Source: Haplodiscus bocki
Taxonomy: Eukaryota
Length of the DNA: 64,000 nucleotides
Reading direction: 5' to 3'
NCBI GenBank assembly: GCA_965655095.1
Contig: OZ296649.1
Location: forward strand, 128,960,001 to 129,024,000
The notes under the pieces are model-generated. The model worked only from the letters and a program-made list of their open reading frames with translations. It ran no database searches and was not told the DNA's origin. The translations under genes and the position numbers were made by a program. The first letter of the stretch is position 1. Every line of letters begins with the position of its first letter. Below, in pieces: positions 1 to 15,029 of the stretch.

Positions 1-3000
1 TTAGTAAAAGGATGCAACAAAGTCCATCGTTATCTCTAACTGGGGTTCGTGCTATTCATAAGCTACTTGATTTTCGAAAAATATCAATTCTGGTAGCAAT
101 TCGTTCCCAGCTGTGAATTATCGAACCTCCTTCATATCATAATTCTTCTTGCAGTAATTCTTTGTTCCTACCTGGAAGATTTATGTTGAAACTAAAGTCA
201 GGCACGTTGACTCATTAGTAGTTGGTCTTGGGCTCAATCGTAAGGTTCGGCGTAGTTTCCGAAAAAATATTTTCTCTTTCTTGCCATACGATTCGAAGTC
301 TTTTCTGATCAGAAAATCCAACCCCAGCAGACAATGAATTGTGTCTGTTGTCGATTTTGAGAAAGCAATACGACACTCGGGTGGAATGTTTTTCTAGTTG
401 GAGTATGATCTCTGTGTTTCGTTTTTCGAGCATTGATGTTTTATTGGCTGTAAAAATTTTTTCCTTGTAGGCTTCCAATGCACCATTGAAACTCAGTGGT
501 TGCAGGAATGTCCAGTTGTCTAATGATACACTGCTGCGGCCACCTGCAAGCGGAGAATACAATTTTGTTTGTATCAGCAGCGTCGCATAAAACGTTTGTG
601 TTGTCGTTGTCTTCATTTCTCTCGTCATTCTTACCATGGCCAATTTATTGGTAGGCATAAATGTGGCCATCTCCAGATCAACCTTCTTTAGGTTAAAAAG
701 GGACAAACTTTCCTGAAATTTTGTAAACTTCCACACTTGAAAAATTTCTTGTACTCTCTCGAGCACGTTGACCGCAGTTCTGGCAGCTATCACTTTAAAA
801 TCCCTTTTCTGGATCAGATTCGGAAAATTTCACTCAAAATCATGACATTTTGCGCCTTCCTGCGTACCTTCTGGGAGTTCAGGTTCCGTATCTGCCTCCC
901 CTAAAACCGGTATGTCCTCCATTTTCCTTGTCATATTACCCAAATGTCTTGCTTTGATCACTTCCTCTTAAGCTGCTCTTTCCAAAAATTTTTTTCTCGG
1001 ATTGAACCACGGTTGTCACTTCGTAAACCCCGCTAGAGAGACAAAGATTCAACAAATTTTTTTTTCGTGGGGTTGATCAATCTCTATGTTTTGTCGTGTT
1101 GAAAAATTGCAACTTTGGGTTTTTCCCCTCCCTCAGTTCCTGTGACGGTTTCAAGTAGTAGTATTTTTTCTAAAACTGTTTCCCTTGTTCACTTTGGGTA
1201 TACGAGGATTTTTCTCAAATCAAAGTCAATTTGATTGTTATGGATTCCCTCTTACAATCCACACACTACCATCTAATGATTAATCTCATTCAATTTCTCT
1301 GGGTTAGCTTTCATAGCTAAACACTGCAAATATCCCAAAAAGCTCGTTAGTTTTTCACCAGGTTGTTGCGCTCATCTTCCAAGCCGTCCAGGGATCACCA
1401 ACTGGTTTCTCATTAAACTGCGTTCTAAAAACTCGGCTTGTTTCGTCGTAACTCGTTTCTTACCCGTCTATCAAAGAGCATTAGAAGTCAACTGCTGCTT
1501 TCTGGAGTGGAAGGGAAAAGTAGGGCCGCCATTCATCTGTTTTGACTTTTTTTCGCGCGCTTTAACTCTCTTCCACCTTTCTCCTCCAAGTTGAATCTCG
1601 AAATGTGTTATGTAGCTTTCAAAGTAACTAGAGCCAGTGAAATCTTCTCGTAGCAGCTTCTTGGAAATAGCCATACCCATGGTTTTACTATCCCAACGGC
1701 AAAGTATTATATTTTAATTTTTTGATCGCGGACATGGTGTTGTGTCTCTTGTTGATATTCCGTTGCTTTACAACTTTGTTGTATAATTTTATTTTAATTT
1801 GTGTTTTTACAGTAAATTCAAAGGATGCGAACTCGCGACACCGATTTTACAGCAGCAAGGTGTTAGTGAAACCCACTGTTCTCCACTGATTTTTTTCTTT
1901 AATTTTTTATGTATCCTTGCTGAATCCCAGCAAATTTTGTTTCTTTGTGATTATGATGTCTCTTTTTTTTCAGTAACTGACTCAATTTCACAAAAACCTT
2001 TTCCAGGACACTGAGCGTCTGTAGACTATATGAAAAGTTCCAACCCGAGATTTCCCTACTTTCGACTTCAGTTTTTACTTTTGTTTCGAAAAACGTTCGG
2101 ACTGGCTCGTAACCAAGTGTAGTCGTAAAAATCGGAACCTAAATATTTTTGAAAATTGGAGCAAGGTTCCGGCTTGATTTTGCCCGGAAGAAACGGTTTT
2201 TCCTACTTTTAACTTTTGAGGTTCTCCTTGTTTCAGTTATATACGATTGTGAATGCAAGAAATTTTTAATGCAAACTTCGGAAACTTTTGACTTTGGATA
2301 TTGAATATGAACGTGAGTACGTTTTCAATTTCCATTTGTTCGTTCTCCTGTGCCTGAGACGATTTGGAGCCTCTAAATTGTAATCAGAACGATACGAAGG
2401 TTTTCTTGACAAGATGAGGAATTTCTGATGCTGGAGAAAAAAAAGAATGAGAAATTTGCTTCGTTACCGTTGTCACGTTTGTAGTGATACCCAAAACATG
2501 GGAAAAGCAAGCAGGATGGTTGTGAAGTATTTATTGGGAGTTTATTTCACGGTTGAAAAGAGGGAGTTTTGTAATTTCAAGAAAAAAGCTACCGTGTTGA
2601 TATGAAATTTGAAGATTTCAGGCAATATAGCAAATGGCCGACTCGTCAGATAGCTTATATACGCCTATCAACAAAAGTGTTGGCCAAAATTTGCCGTCAT
2701 CTGGTAAAGTTTACTGTTTTGTTCAGTTCATCCGTCGAACACCGACGGATAGCTGTTTAGTTATATTTTTTCCACTGTCGAAGCCCGATTTTGGCTTTGC
2801 GAAAAAACCCGGTTTTTTTGCATGCTGTGTTTTCTCAGTTACTCTCCTGCAGCGGATTCCAGGAGTCGTATTACATTGTATTGGCGCTCCACAAGGGATC
2901 TACCATACAATAGTTGATTGGCGATTATTTAGATTAGGTGCCTGTTGGCATAATAATTTTTTGGACTCCTATTTCTCAAAGTTGTATGGTTTTACTGTAG

Positions 3001-5049
3001 GTTGAAATCAGTGATAGGGAACCCCTAATGAAGCTTTAATTGGATATATTGGCGCCGGATATTTTCAAACGTGACAAATTGAATCACTGTTTTTTTAATG
3101 AAATTACCTCATCGTCCAGTGTCTAATTAGTTTCAGATTTTCTGGAGATTTGGGGTGGCAGTTGTGGCTTCCTGAAATTGATATACCACATCTTCAAATT
3201 CTCTTCAGCAGAAAACCAAGAGCTTGCAGATTCTCATTCACGCCAGCTTGACTACTCGAACATCAGTATCTTCTCCCTGCCAGGCGCAAAAAATCAGCAT
3301 ATCACTCCCTTCATTCCACCTACTGGCAAGTAGAAATTAATTGCTTTTTTCATTGAAGGTAGCGATTTCCATGACAGTCGTCCGCCCTCTCATCTCACAC
3401 CGGGAGAAGTTACCACAAGACTAAATACACATGCTGACTCTCTCCACTCTGTCTGTGACAGTGTCTTTGTTATGGCTATTCCACAACGCTTTCCACCCAA
3501 AGCTTTAATCTTGAAGCCCAAGCATACTGACGCTCGACCACGATGCCACTCAGAGATCAAAAGACTACTCTAAGATATGTCTCAAAAGTCTCGGAGGACC
3601 TACCGCAGACTAACGAAGTTTGTCTACTGTGAAGACAACACTTCTGAAGTGGACCACATATATCTGAACCCAAAGCACTGTCTGGGCTATGATCGGTAGC
3701 AGAAACTGAAAAAACCACGTGTTGTACAAATTTTTTGCATGCGAATTGCTGCTTCTGGTCATTCAGCAATGTTTCATTGTCGGAGTGATCGATACTATGC
3801 CTCTGGTTCTCCTCGAAGTGGTAGGCTACAGGTTCCTCTACAAGACTGATGGTGTAGCAGCTGTCCTTTACAGCTACTACCTAATTTGTCTCACTCGACT
3901 CAATTTTCTAAAGACTACCCGCTAACGGTTGGTTTTGGCTATACACTGGCTGTTGGTCAAAACTGTGTTCTGGGATTCCTTGCGGTATTAGGCCATAGTC
4001 TCCTTTACAGGATCCACGGTGTTGCTACTGTCTCATAACAGGTACTATATTGACTTTTGACAATGTCGGACAATCACTTGAGGCTACCTTCCGATTTTAA
4101 TTATCATCCCACTGTTTCTGAAGTATTAGGAGATGAAAACACTGTTCCTACTAAGTTGCTCTCGATAAATAAGAAGGCAACTCATATACCCTACTGCATG
4201 AAAGTTTATCTCAACTTTTTCAGTCGTCGAAACAGAACTCGATATAGTTTGTTTGGTTCTCCGAGAACAACAAGAAGTTAAAACAGCCTGACAAGTGATT
4301 TCAAAATCGTTAACTTGATTTTGCTGCAGACCCATCCTTGGATGTCATGGAAGTCCGTCAACAACAATCAACATTCGTAAGAGCCTGTATTAACTCATCC
4401 CAACAAAGAGATTGTGAGAAAGTTTCAGATGAAAGTTTCTCTTAACAAATGGTTTTCTACACTGTGCCCGAAACTTCTGATATTCTGAACGCTAAAAACA
4501 ACGTTGACTATGTGTTGACTACCTTGAAGGTGGCAAAAACCTCCAAAAACCAAAATAGGGGATTGTGACCCGCCAATAAGGACAACAATGCCAGACCCCG
4601 GCCACATCAAATTGCTGTCTCGTCAGCTACCGACTGACACACAGCCTTGGCGAACGCTCTTTTATCGAAAGGATCAGGGGTTTTTTCGGAGATAAAAATC
4701 GCCTGGAAAGTTCCCTTGAAATCAAAAACTTCTAAACGTAGGATATGAGATTGTTCGAAGAGGACTAGATTGTATTCTTTTTCATTTTCGGGACTTACCA
4801 CTGTTTAATAGAAGTTGCTGACTGTGAAGACGGGAATGACATGGTAGCGAAGTTACTTCCGTCTGCACAGTTTGCTGCAAAAGCTGCAGATCATTGTTTA
4901 ATAAGTCCGTCACTGTAGCTCTTCAACACCTGTGGACTCTCTTCAATGACCAAACAAACTTCTTCGTTGGACAACTTTGTATCACAAGACATACAACTTG
5001 CTTTCCTCGGCGAAACTGGATTAAACGAAACTTCCGATAACACAGACCT

Positions 5050-7480
5050 ATTTGTCGCCAAGGTAATGGTCTTACAAGGAGGGATCTCAAAAAGACGAAG
5101 CATGGAGGAGTGATTGTCCCTCAACGGATATGTTTCATTGTGCAGTGTAACCCTGTCGAACTGCACTTCAACCCCATTTCATGCTGCGCAATCAGCATCA
5201 ACTCTGACGACGGCGTACTCGTGTTTCTCTTTTTGTATCAATCACCCGAACGAAGTAGTTGCGAAAAAAGCCGCGTGGAAGTTGATCCTTGCATCCAACT
5301 CACCCTGAAACAGTTTACCAATGATAGAGTGGAACTACATCTACTGGGTGACTTGTAGTTGCCCAAAACTGACTGGTCCAGTATATGAAGCTCATGCCTT
5401 TCAGAAAGGGATATTTTGAACATTCTAAAGGACACGTTTTTCATGCCCTGATAAACAAGAGTACTCACTTGGCTGGTCACACAATAAATAACGTTCTGGC
5501 AACAGATACTCGCTACTTCACAATAAACTCCATAGACACTGGATGTACTGTCAGCGACCATTATCCAGTTTTATTTAATTTTGTGATTGACAAATGGAGT
5601 CGACGTACGCCATCATTCGCCTCAAAGTTTGTTTCAACTCGCTCCCGCAACAGGAAACTTTTCGATAATATTCAGAAACATTTAAATTCTGAAAGCACAC
5701 CGAAGAAACTTTGATGACTTTCACAAACAACTTTGAACGCTGTGTTCTTCTGTTCCTACATGAAAAAGTCCGACAGACTTGATTTGCCGTTTCTTTATTC
5801 TTTCCACGTCATGCATTGCAGCAGAATAAAGTCAACTATGGGAGGACGATGCGTCCGAAATCCTTCATCGTGTAATATAAAATTGCGTACAGAAGTTGAT
5901 ATAAGTTTTACTGAACCTCCACAACTTTGCAGAAATTGCTTTTTGGATGGCTCTGTTACAGCCTTTGCGCCTGCATGCTTGTAATGCACTTGATATTTAT
6001 CAATTCAGTCTCCTTCGCAAGAAACAAAACTTGGGTAACTGAAGTTTCCTACGGGAAGTTCTTTAGTGATCGGTTTTGACATGTTCTTCAAAGATATCGT
6101 TAGTGAACATTTGCACTCGATACAAAATGCTGAAGTTCCAACTGAAAACCCTGTCATGTTAAATGATTTGTTGGATTCAATAAACCTCGGCATGATCAGA
6201 AAGCTTCTACAGAAACAGAAGGGGTCATCTTATGAAACTTGTGATGGCGTACCGTTTAAACATCTTACGATGAATAAGAACACTTTGGCTACATTGCTCC
6301 ATCCCATACCTTCTGCCATTGCTCCAACACAAAAACCTCCTGATAACTGGAAAACAGCCTTTATCGTTCCTGTCTTCAAGAGCAGTTGTTGCTGCTCCAT
6401 AGATAACTCTTGGCGTTTTAGCCTTTTGCCCAAAACCTCCATTAATTTGGAGCGTTTCGTGTTTACCTTTCTTCATGACAGTTTACTAAGCAAACCAAGC
6501 CCAAAATACTTTGGTTTCCAATCAAATAAAAACTCCACGTTGCAGCTCCTGGACTATATAGAACAAAGTTAAAAACTACAACTGAATTTCTGCTAAACAG
6601 TCTTTTTGGACTACTCAGAAGCTTTTGACAAGATGCCTATCAAAATCTATTATGCAAACCTGCTAAATTTAGCGGTGATAACGGATTTCAAAAACTATTT
6701 GAATCTTATCTTAGCAATCGCAGGCAAATCCAATTGGTAACTGGTCTTCCGTTTGATGCTGCAGTTGTTGTCGGCGGATCCCCTCAAGGTTCTGCACTTG
6801 GACCACTCTCGTTTCCTTCATTGATAAACGAGTTACCGGCTTCTTCCAATGACTGTCATCCGTGGCTAATCGCTGACGACTTTGAAATGCTATTCACCTC
6901 CGCTAATTCTGATGACGAAATGACAAGTTTTTGAAATTGGAAGCTCGCCAATGGAATTCTGGCGATTTCATCAAAAAAGGACTGTAGTTTTCAGAAACTC
7001 CCTTGCTGTTGACTGTGGACAGTAATTACAATTGCATTCAAGCCCAAGGAACTTATCACAGTGAAATGTGCAAATGTGCTATCCCATGCTCAACTTCCTC
7101 GAGAACGAAATTAATGCTATAAAATAGCTTAATATCTTCTATTTTGCCATACAGCTGCCAACAATGGGACCTAAACTTTTGTTGCTTTCGGAGGCTTGAA
7201 ATTATAAAGGCTTCTGTCTAGCTTGGGTTTGTGGCAAAGCAGAAAACACTGTAATCTTAAAAACCAACATTGTTTTGCCCCTGTCCATTCTTGTGCATAT
7301 GAATTATGATGACTTTCTTCCTGAAACATTTTCAGAGATATTTCAGCTGCGACCCTCTTCCACATGTCACCCACTCCACTGAACCCCAAAACAAAAAACT
7401 AACTTGTTTCAATCATTTCTCTGTTAAACTGAATGTTCCTAGCCGCACTTTTTTTTCATCGTGTTGTTGATGCCTAGAAT
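5050..7480 (+). pseudogene. Highly degraded CR1/L2-like LINE ORF2 remnant
   Basis: Scattered motifs SDHYPV (APE), PDNWKTAFIVPVFK, FGFQ, G(S)PQGSALGPL, IADD, with many stops and frameshifts. Boundaries are approximate. Confidence 0.7.
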
Positions 7481-7686
7481 TTTTTATACAGAAAAAAAGT
7501 GATCGATGAGCCATCCGCAGATAGTGTGAGCAAAATTCCAAAGTTTCTTCAATCAAAACAATTTTATTTGGCGAATATTTTTCAAAATTTATTTGCTGTC
7601 ATTGATCAAATTGTTGCGTGTGAGAAAGATAGGTTTGATACATAGATATTTGCACAGTTTATGAAATAATTAATTGAATGTATCCT

Positions 7687-7831
7687 NNNNNNNNNNNNNN
7701 NNNNNNNNNNNNNNNNNNNNNNNNNNNNNNNNNNNNNNNNNNNNNNNNNNNNNNNNNNNNNNNNNNNNNNNNNNNNNNNNNNNNNNNNNNNNNNNNNNNN
7801 NNNNNNNNNNNNNNNNNNNNNNNNNNNNNNN
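7687..7831. other. Assembly gap (145 N)
   Basis: Run of N. Confidence 1.
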
Positions 7832-9120
7832 NTATGACCTAAACACACCATATACACTTAAGGACGATGGACCGCATGCGATCCTATTTCGTGTTTAGAG
7901 TCCTTTGATGTTTCCTTTTTGATGATCCCATTGTTTTCGCTGTTTCATTTAATTTCATGTCAACGGCTTGTTCGCGTTTTCAGGAATGCCGCATTTGGAC
8001 ATAGCTTTGATCAATGCAAAAAATGACATGTGTTTTTGAGTCGGCCGCGTTTCTGTCCGGTAGAAAAAAACTGACTGAATTGAATTGTTTCGAATGAATT
8101 GTCTGGCGAAATGCCACGAAAAGAAGAAGACGCATCTATGAAATGAATTTTTAAAAGTTCGCGGAAAATGTGTCCGAAATATTTTTGAAAACTTCGGTAA
8201 GTTCTGATTATGACTTCTAAGTTACATGCGACAGAGTATGACGGTGCTGATGTAAACATAGCAAATGAGAATTCGTCTCTCAATTCATCGAGTGATCACT
8301 TATCCTGCCTTGAAATTCAAAACATAGTATTATCTGAAGCTCATCTACAACTACCTTTGACGTCGCCGGGACAATTCGATAAACCAAGCGCACAAGTGTC
8401 ACCGAGAGACACATGTGTTAGTCACGAACAAAATACTACCTCGTTAGGATAATGTGACATTGATGACTTCGCAACAGCCCCAACCTGATATCATGTTAGT
8501 GTTGATGTCATAGTGTCGCAGCACACCTGCGAGGCATGCGGCCAGCCCCTTCCACAAAGAAAGACACCCTAATGCTCAGGGGAAAACTCAAACTCTAACT
8601 AGACTCTTAACTAATTACTTCTAAACCTTTTTTTAATCATTGTACATACATACGGATACGTACTTACTACGTATCCATAACAAATGTACAGAAATATAGT
8701 GGTACGTATTTTATAGGGAACACTCCACTGAACTGATCCAGACTAGGACGGAACCATTACGGAACAAACAAGTATTCACAGAGCAATTGATCCTTAAAGG
8801 TGCTATTTTTATATTAATCTATTTGTTTCTTTAGATTTTAAGCATAGATCCACCTTTTTGGTACAATTGCAGTAATTAATGACAATAAGTGCTGTTTATA
8901 GCAGTGCTTGAATCTCAATTAGTGCTAGAAAAAGCGTGACTTATTCGTATTAAATTGACTCTCGGAGTGACTGTTTGTTCCGTACGTGTTCCGTCGTCAC
9001 TAGTTTGGTGACGTCATTAATATTACTCTAACTATGCCATGCTGCGGTGCTATGGTGAATACGGAGTGAATCCGTATTCACTCCTAATTTGAGCACGGCT
9101 GACTGAATTAAGACTAATGC

Positions 9121-9222
9121 TACTAGTGGCTGCGGAACTGTTCCGGATACCACTAGTAGCGCTGACTGCATTAACTTGTACTACTAGTGGCTACGGAACT
9201 GTTCCGGATACCACTAGTAGCT
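9121..9222. repeat. Two direct copies of a ~40-bp palindrome
   Basis: tactagtggctgcggaactgttccggataccactagta repeated with ~62-bp spacing. Confidence 0.75.
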
Positions 9223-9871
9223 ACTAGTCGGAACGAGGAGTAAATTAGTAGTGATACTAGTTTCTCCTCATTTCCAAAAGACTGAAAGTGTAATTAATCA
9301 GGTGATGATGAGATAAGCATGGAAATGATGACTTAATGTATCTTTAGACCAAAGTCATGTATTTTATATTTTATTTATTTTTTCATTTTTTCATTTTATT
9401 CATTTTATTTTCCTTTCCCAATTAAGGAAATTAGCATAATAAGACTGTAAACAACATGTCGGCGCGGGAATAAACGCTTTGATGTCCATCTCTGACGAAT
9501 TAGGACCGTCCATTTTCTGTCGAAAGATGGAAAAGGCGCGTCCTTCGATGGAAGAGATGGACGGAAAAGTTGTTTATTTCCCGCCAGAGTCGGCATTTTT
9601 AACTTTGATGTACTAGTGAACAAAGTACTTTTCTCTATTTGTACCTTGACTTGGCGGGTAAACAATTATGTTTCCCGCCAGGAAAAGATATAAATAGGAG
9701 AAATGAAAGTACAGAGGACACATTTTTAGTTGTTGTAAAGTACTGATGATAATATTCCAGTATAGTATTTTCTTTTCGTTGTTGATAAAACTGTTAAAAG
9801 ACAGAAAATTGATTTCTCCTGCTGAAAAATCATCAATTATTACTGACTGATCATTATTTTTCCCGTAAAAG

Positions 9872-10283
9872 ATGACAACTCGAAACAAGAAGAAATTGGC
9901 AGCGTTAAATAAAGAAAACGGTGAGGAACATCCTAGGAGCAACTTGGCACAAAACTCAAGCGCTCCTAGATCGCAAGAAGACTACATAACTCAAGTTTCT
10001 GAGGAAATTGAGGGAAGGGTCACAAGAAGGCTGTCAAGGGAGTTCAGTAGAACAGAAAACCGCATTCTAGGTGCACTAGGGGGACTCGATGATTTTCTTA
10101 TGAAACCGATACTACCAGGACACTCCGGAACCACTCCGGAGCCATCCCGGAACGTGTTAAACACAAGCCAGGGAACGAACGAGGACGACTCCCAGAATGA
10201 TCCTCGTCCTGAAGCAGGCCTCTTCCACGGTCAGATGACAGAAAACTCCGGCCCAGAAGACGGCCATGACATGGTGACAGGAG

Positions 10284-10314
<31 letters not shown>

Positions 10315-10908
10315 TCTGCGGCCACGACATGGTGACAGGAGCCACACAACAAATTGGTAATTGCCATGATCTGACTGGAGTTCACAAGAAGTCACATACT
10401 GACCCCCTAGTACATCTTCAGGGAAGCAGAAGAAAAACCGCTCTACCAGTCAACCGCAATTCCGCAGTGAAAACACCCCTGCGACGATCGAAGCAGACCA
10501 AATTTTGTTGGCCCTTCAACAGTTAGCAAATAACAACAATTCTGTGAACTTCCAAAACGACATCAACAGAATTTCCAAACTGCCAAAATCTCTAACCACA
10601 ACGATGCCCACGTTTGACGGGAAATCTGAGAAATTTGAGCTGTTTGAAGACCTTTTCCAAAAGAGCCTCAAAATTCACAATCAGCTCACCGAAGATGACA
10701 GAATCAATTACTTGCATTCTCTCATGAGGGGGGATGCGCTACAAGCCTTCAAAAACATTAATGGCCCAACCCGAGAGAATCTCGAAGAACTTCTAGCAGT
10801 TTTCCGAAGGAAGTATGTAAAACCTCAATCGATGGCAACAGGAAAACACAAATTCCAGAAACTCGTCTTTAATCCAGCAAACCAAAATTTAGTAGATTTT
10901 CTTGACGA
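9872..10908 (+). pseudogene. Truncated retrotransposon gag-like fragment (frameshifted, with GA microsatellite)
   Basis: MPTFDGKSEKFELFEDLF...YLHSLMRGDALQAF...LAVFRRKY is a capsid-like motif. It ends abruptly at a direct repeat. Confidence 0.7.
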
Positions 10909-13900
10909 AGTTGTTTATTTCCCGCCGGAGTCGGCATTTTTAACTTTGGACGACAGTCGGGTTGCTCAACTCGTGTCTCGGCTGTACTTTCTGAAAAAGT
11001 GAAGTTGACACCAAAATTAGAGACAGTTTTTTTTGTTAGCGTTCCACTTTGCACCTTGTAAAACAGTGTTTGCCTGATGTAGCTGTGCACAGTTCAGGGA
11101 AGACATTTCGATTCAAAACTTGTTTTCTAGCAACCGATATAGGCAACAACTGAAGCACTGGAATGCTCGTGTTGATAGAACTGTTCCACCAAAAACACAG
11201 AAATACGGTGGAAATACGGTGGAAGAATTTAACATGAATTTTTGCCCAAAGATGAAACGTACCCGGCAGAGCAAAATCTCCAGCTGCAATTCGATCTCAG
11301 CAGCAACATTTTCAGGAGCCATTAGATGAAGAAATCCTAGGTGACACTACAGCATTGCCGATTCGCGCATCCACGAGAAGATCGTGACGCAATAAGACAC
11401 GAATGAAAGCAACAATTTACTCAAGGCGTCATCGCTTTTGAGGTAATGGAAAGGTTGTCGACGAAATACAACGATGAGATTGACCTTGCTGCATCCCCAA
11501 CAGTCAAAAAAAGTGTTTTCGACTGCCGAACTCAATCAAAATTGCACAAAGAAAACAAACAGTCTCAACTGTCTCATTCCGTACCGAAGTTTATAGAAGC
11601 TGGTATACCCCCAAACTCTAAGCGAACTCCACCTACAGTACAGACAAAAACAAATGGGAATACTCACAGCACAACTGACCCAACTATTGCAATGCAGAGA
11701 ACCTTAGGAGAATGAGAACTGTTTTCATTCCCTGCGGCAGAGACGGATACTTCAATTGCGAAGCTCCCAGCATGAAGAAGTTGTGAGAACCACATAAATC
11801 AGCGATTGCATATTGTCCGAGGAGTTCGCGGAAATCTGTTCACCACCAACACGGAGAGATTTATTTCAAAAGCACCCACAGATGACAGTAGTAAGAAAGT
11901 AAGTTGATCATGTGAGGTGGGGGAGGGGGTGGAAGACCCTACATGTATTAAGATGTGCTATAGAGAGCCGCCGCGAACCAAAAGCCAAGAAAAGTCTTCC
12001 ACCTTAGGCGCGCTCTTGGGAGTTTTTCGGCGTTGTGATACTCGATTTCGATTAGCAGACGAGCTTTTATTGTTTTTCTGTTAGACTCTCATTGGCTGCT
12101 GACATCTTTTTGGTTTTGGGCGAAATTCAATTGTGTTCGGCGATGTATTAAGATCAGGATTAATATTCGGTAATGTATTAGTATAACAAATAGGGTTTTG
12201 CAAGGTACAAAAATGGGCAAATGGGTGACCACCGCCTAGCGGTAAAAAATATGCCGCGGGACTAATTATGGCGTCCGAGAATATATATTTTTTTCAACTG
12301 CGTTTAATTCTTTGATCTTTTCTCGGGTGCCCATCGCCGGGTGGAAAAATATTTAAAAATCTAACAGAAAAGTTTTCAAATATTCTCAAAACACCTGTCT
12401 GATGCTCACTATTTTTGAGAATTGCGATGCGTAGCCGCAAATTTTTCGGTCTTGCCTTGTCAAGAAATGTCTTTTTTGGACTCGAATCATTGCGTTTCTT
12501 GAATGGTTTCCTAAATGATCCAATGATCTTTCTGCACAACACTTGGCATTCGTGCAAACCCCTCGAACTGTTGGTTATAGTTTATGGCTCTCCCCACGAT
12601 ACCAAAAATGTGTCCTTTCTTCGTACACACAGTCCCGTTCAATACGATTTTGAAAAGGGTGTAGAAGCAATCTACAAATTGATACGTGAACTGAACCTCA
12701 TTCAACTTGTCAATAATTTCTATGAAACTACTTTTTTTCCAATTAGAAGTAGGTGGTAACGGCAATCACTTGAGCAACAGTAGTTCAAATTGTGGCTTGC
12801 AACGCCGTTTTATTCAGTAATTTCATTAATTTCATAGCGATCTGCGGAAATGAATAAAAAGGTTTCTGAAGAGTTTGGTTGAAAATAGGGCTTTGCATTT
12901 AGGAAAACAGCAGCCACGTTTATTTGACAACGTTGTCAATTCAAAAGGTTCTCAAAACAAAATGAGTCGTGGGAAATTCAGATAAACAGCAACTTATTAG
13001 CTAGTTTTACATAGATGGGCAGAATTTACAGACCACTACCAAAAATGGAAACGTTATTGACCAAACAGAAAGCGATGGAATTTGCAAGTTCGCTCACGGC
13101 TACCAAATTTGGATTTTTCCGGAAAACATCAATATACAGCAAGTAATTTGTACAGAGAACAAACAACTGACTTCGATTTGACGGACTTGATTTTCAACCA
13201 AACGAACCTTTCCGTATATTAAAAAAATGGAGCTTTAAGCCAAAAGATGTTACCTTTATAACATATATTCTTCTTTCTTTTTCCTGGTTGTCGCGAACTT
13301 TCAGCCACTCAATGGCATACACTTAACAGTCAAGCGATATGGTTTAACTATTAACCAAACGTTTAAACGATTTCTCAAAAATTAACAAGTTTTCTCAGAA
13401 GTGACAACATCGCTAGTTAAAATGAATCAAATTCTATTAATTAATTCAAAAGAAAACTAAACGTACTCAGAGAGTGAGAATGAAAAGATAGACATGCACA
13501 AAAATATTTATGGTAATCCAATGTGTGTTCTTACCGATCCAGCTTGCAGAATCAGCAGTCGGAACAAAGGTTGCAAAGATAACCAGCACAAAAAGTGCCT
13601 TACCGACAGAATTTGACTTCAACTTGCACGAAAACAGATTCCAGCTTTTAAAAGGAGTTTTTAATTCAGTTTTGTTAGACTCATGTCAAAGAGGTGCAGA
13701 GTCAGAACTCAACAGTAATTTCAGAAACCTAAAGATGAAAAAAGAGTTGCTTTTGGAGGTCTTTGAGCAGATATATCGTTTAGGGCCTTACGGGGATCCA
13801 GCAGAGCATCGTTATCTGTATCTCACAATGTTCATTTTTGTTGCCTCTCTACCATAGTCCTCAGAAGTTCCTTTTTCGTTCAGAGATTTTGGAAGCGTTT

Positions 13901-14456
13901 CAGTGAAACGTGTTTTACAAAATAATTGGAATTAAAGGTGAAGATCGTAGCAACTTGTTTGTAGTTTTGCAGAAAACTCAATGCCTAAAAAGTTGTAACA
14001 GGGGTTGCTCATTACTCTGGACCATGTATGCAAAGACAATAAGAAAACTGGTTTCACATGAACATGAAAAGAGGTGTCAATATCTTCTATAATATTCACA
14101 GTTGACAACTGGTTAGCAGCGAAAAGTTGAATAATGATTGTTTGATCACCTTAATTGGTGACTTTTTGTCTGAGAGCGTAAACCAAGTGGAGAACTTTCG
14201 GCTATTTAGGCGACAGCCAGTCTGAGAAAAGTAGTTGAGGCGAAAACTCCCTATACAAGGCGACAGTCTGGGTCAAAGAACCAATCAATTGCAATTGTCA
14301 ATCTTCAGAGCAGGGACAGTTTGTGTGAGGAAAGCAATCAAGTGGAACAATCAACCTCTCAAGTGTTGTGAGTTTTATTGAGAGCACAACGAGTTTTCTG
14401 ATAAAGGAGAATTTAGCATGTATCATGCAGTGCTGTTAAAAATCGATCAAGTCAAC

Positions 14457-14460
<4 letters not shown>

Positions 14461-14490
<30 letters not shown>
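14461..14490. repeat. (GA)15 microsatellite
   Basis: Direct observation. Confidence 0.95.
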
Positions 14491-14496
<6 letters not shown>

Positions 14497-15029
14497 GCGT
14501 AGCAATAAGTTGATGCACTAAAAACATTTTTCCATATATGGATTTATTTTGTTGAATTCACGCGTCAACACATGTTCTCAATGTTCGAGTTGCTCCACTC
14601 GTTTCCAGTTGTAGGCAGTTAATTAAAATACACCGATACAAGGTTTCCTAGACGAAGGCTTCTTTTCTATCAAATATTATGGGAATCTGCAGTATATGGA
14701 GGCTTTTCCTTCTCTGTCGTTCACGTGACCTTCTCTACATGGATATATGTCCAAAAGGTCTTCGTGCTCTTAATGAGAAACGTCAAAAAGCAAAATGTAA
14801 CGTCCTATGAGTATTTTGACTCATATTATGACTTTTGCATTAGAATTTTTGTTCAAATGATTTTTTTTTCAAAAAATGAATCAAATTCAAACTCTGAGAT
14901 TTCGCAAGTCTTTTTTGGTAACCTCATTTCCAGTTTGTATTGTTTTATCTTCCAATGAATGATATTCTGCCAAATTTGAAAACAACTTGGATCACTCAGA
15001 GAACACAGTTTAGGAGACACATTTATGGA

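Noticed and set aside
215-793. 192-aa ORF
   Set aside because: Non-ATG start and no recognisable domain; probably a decayed repeat.
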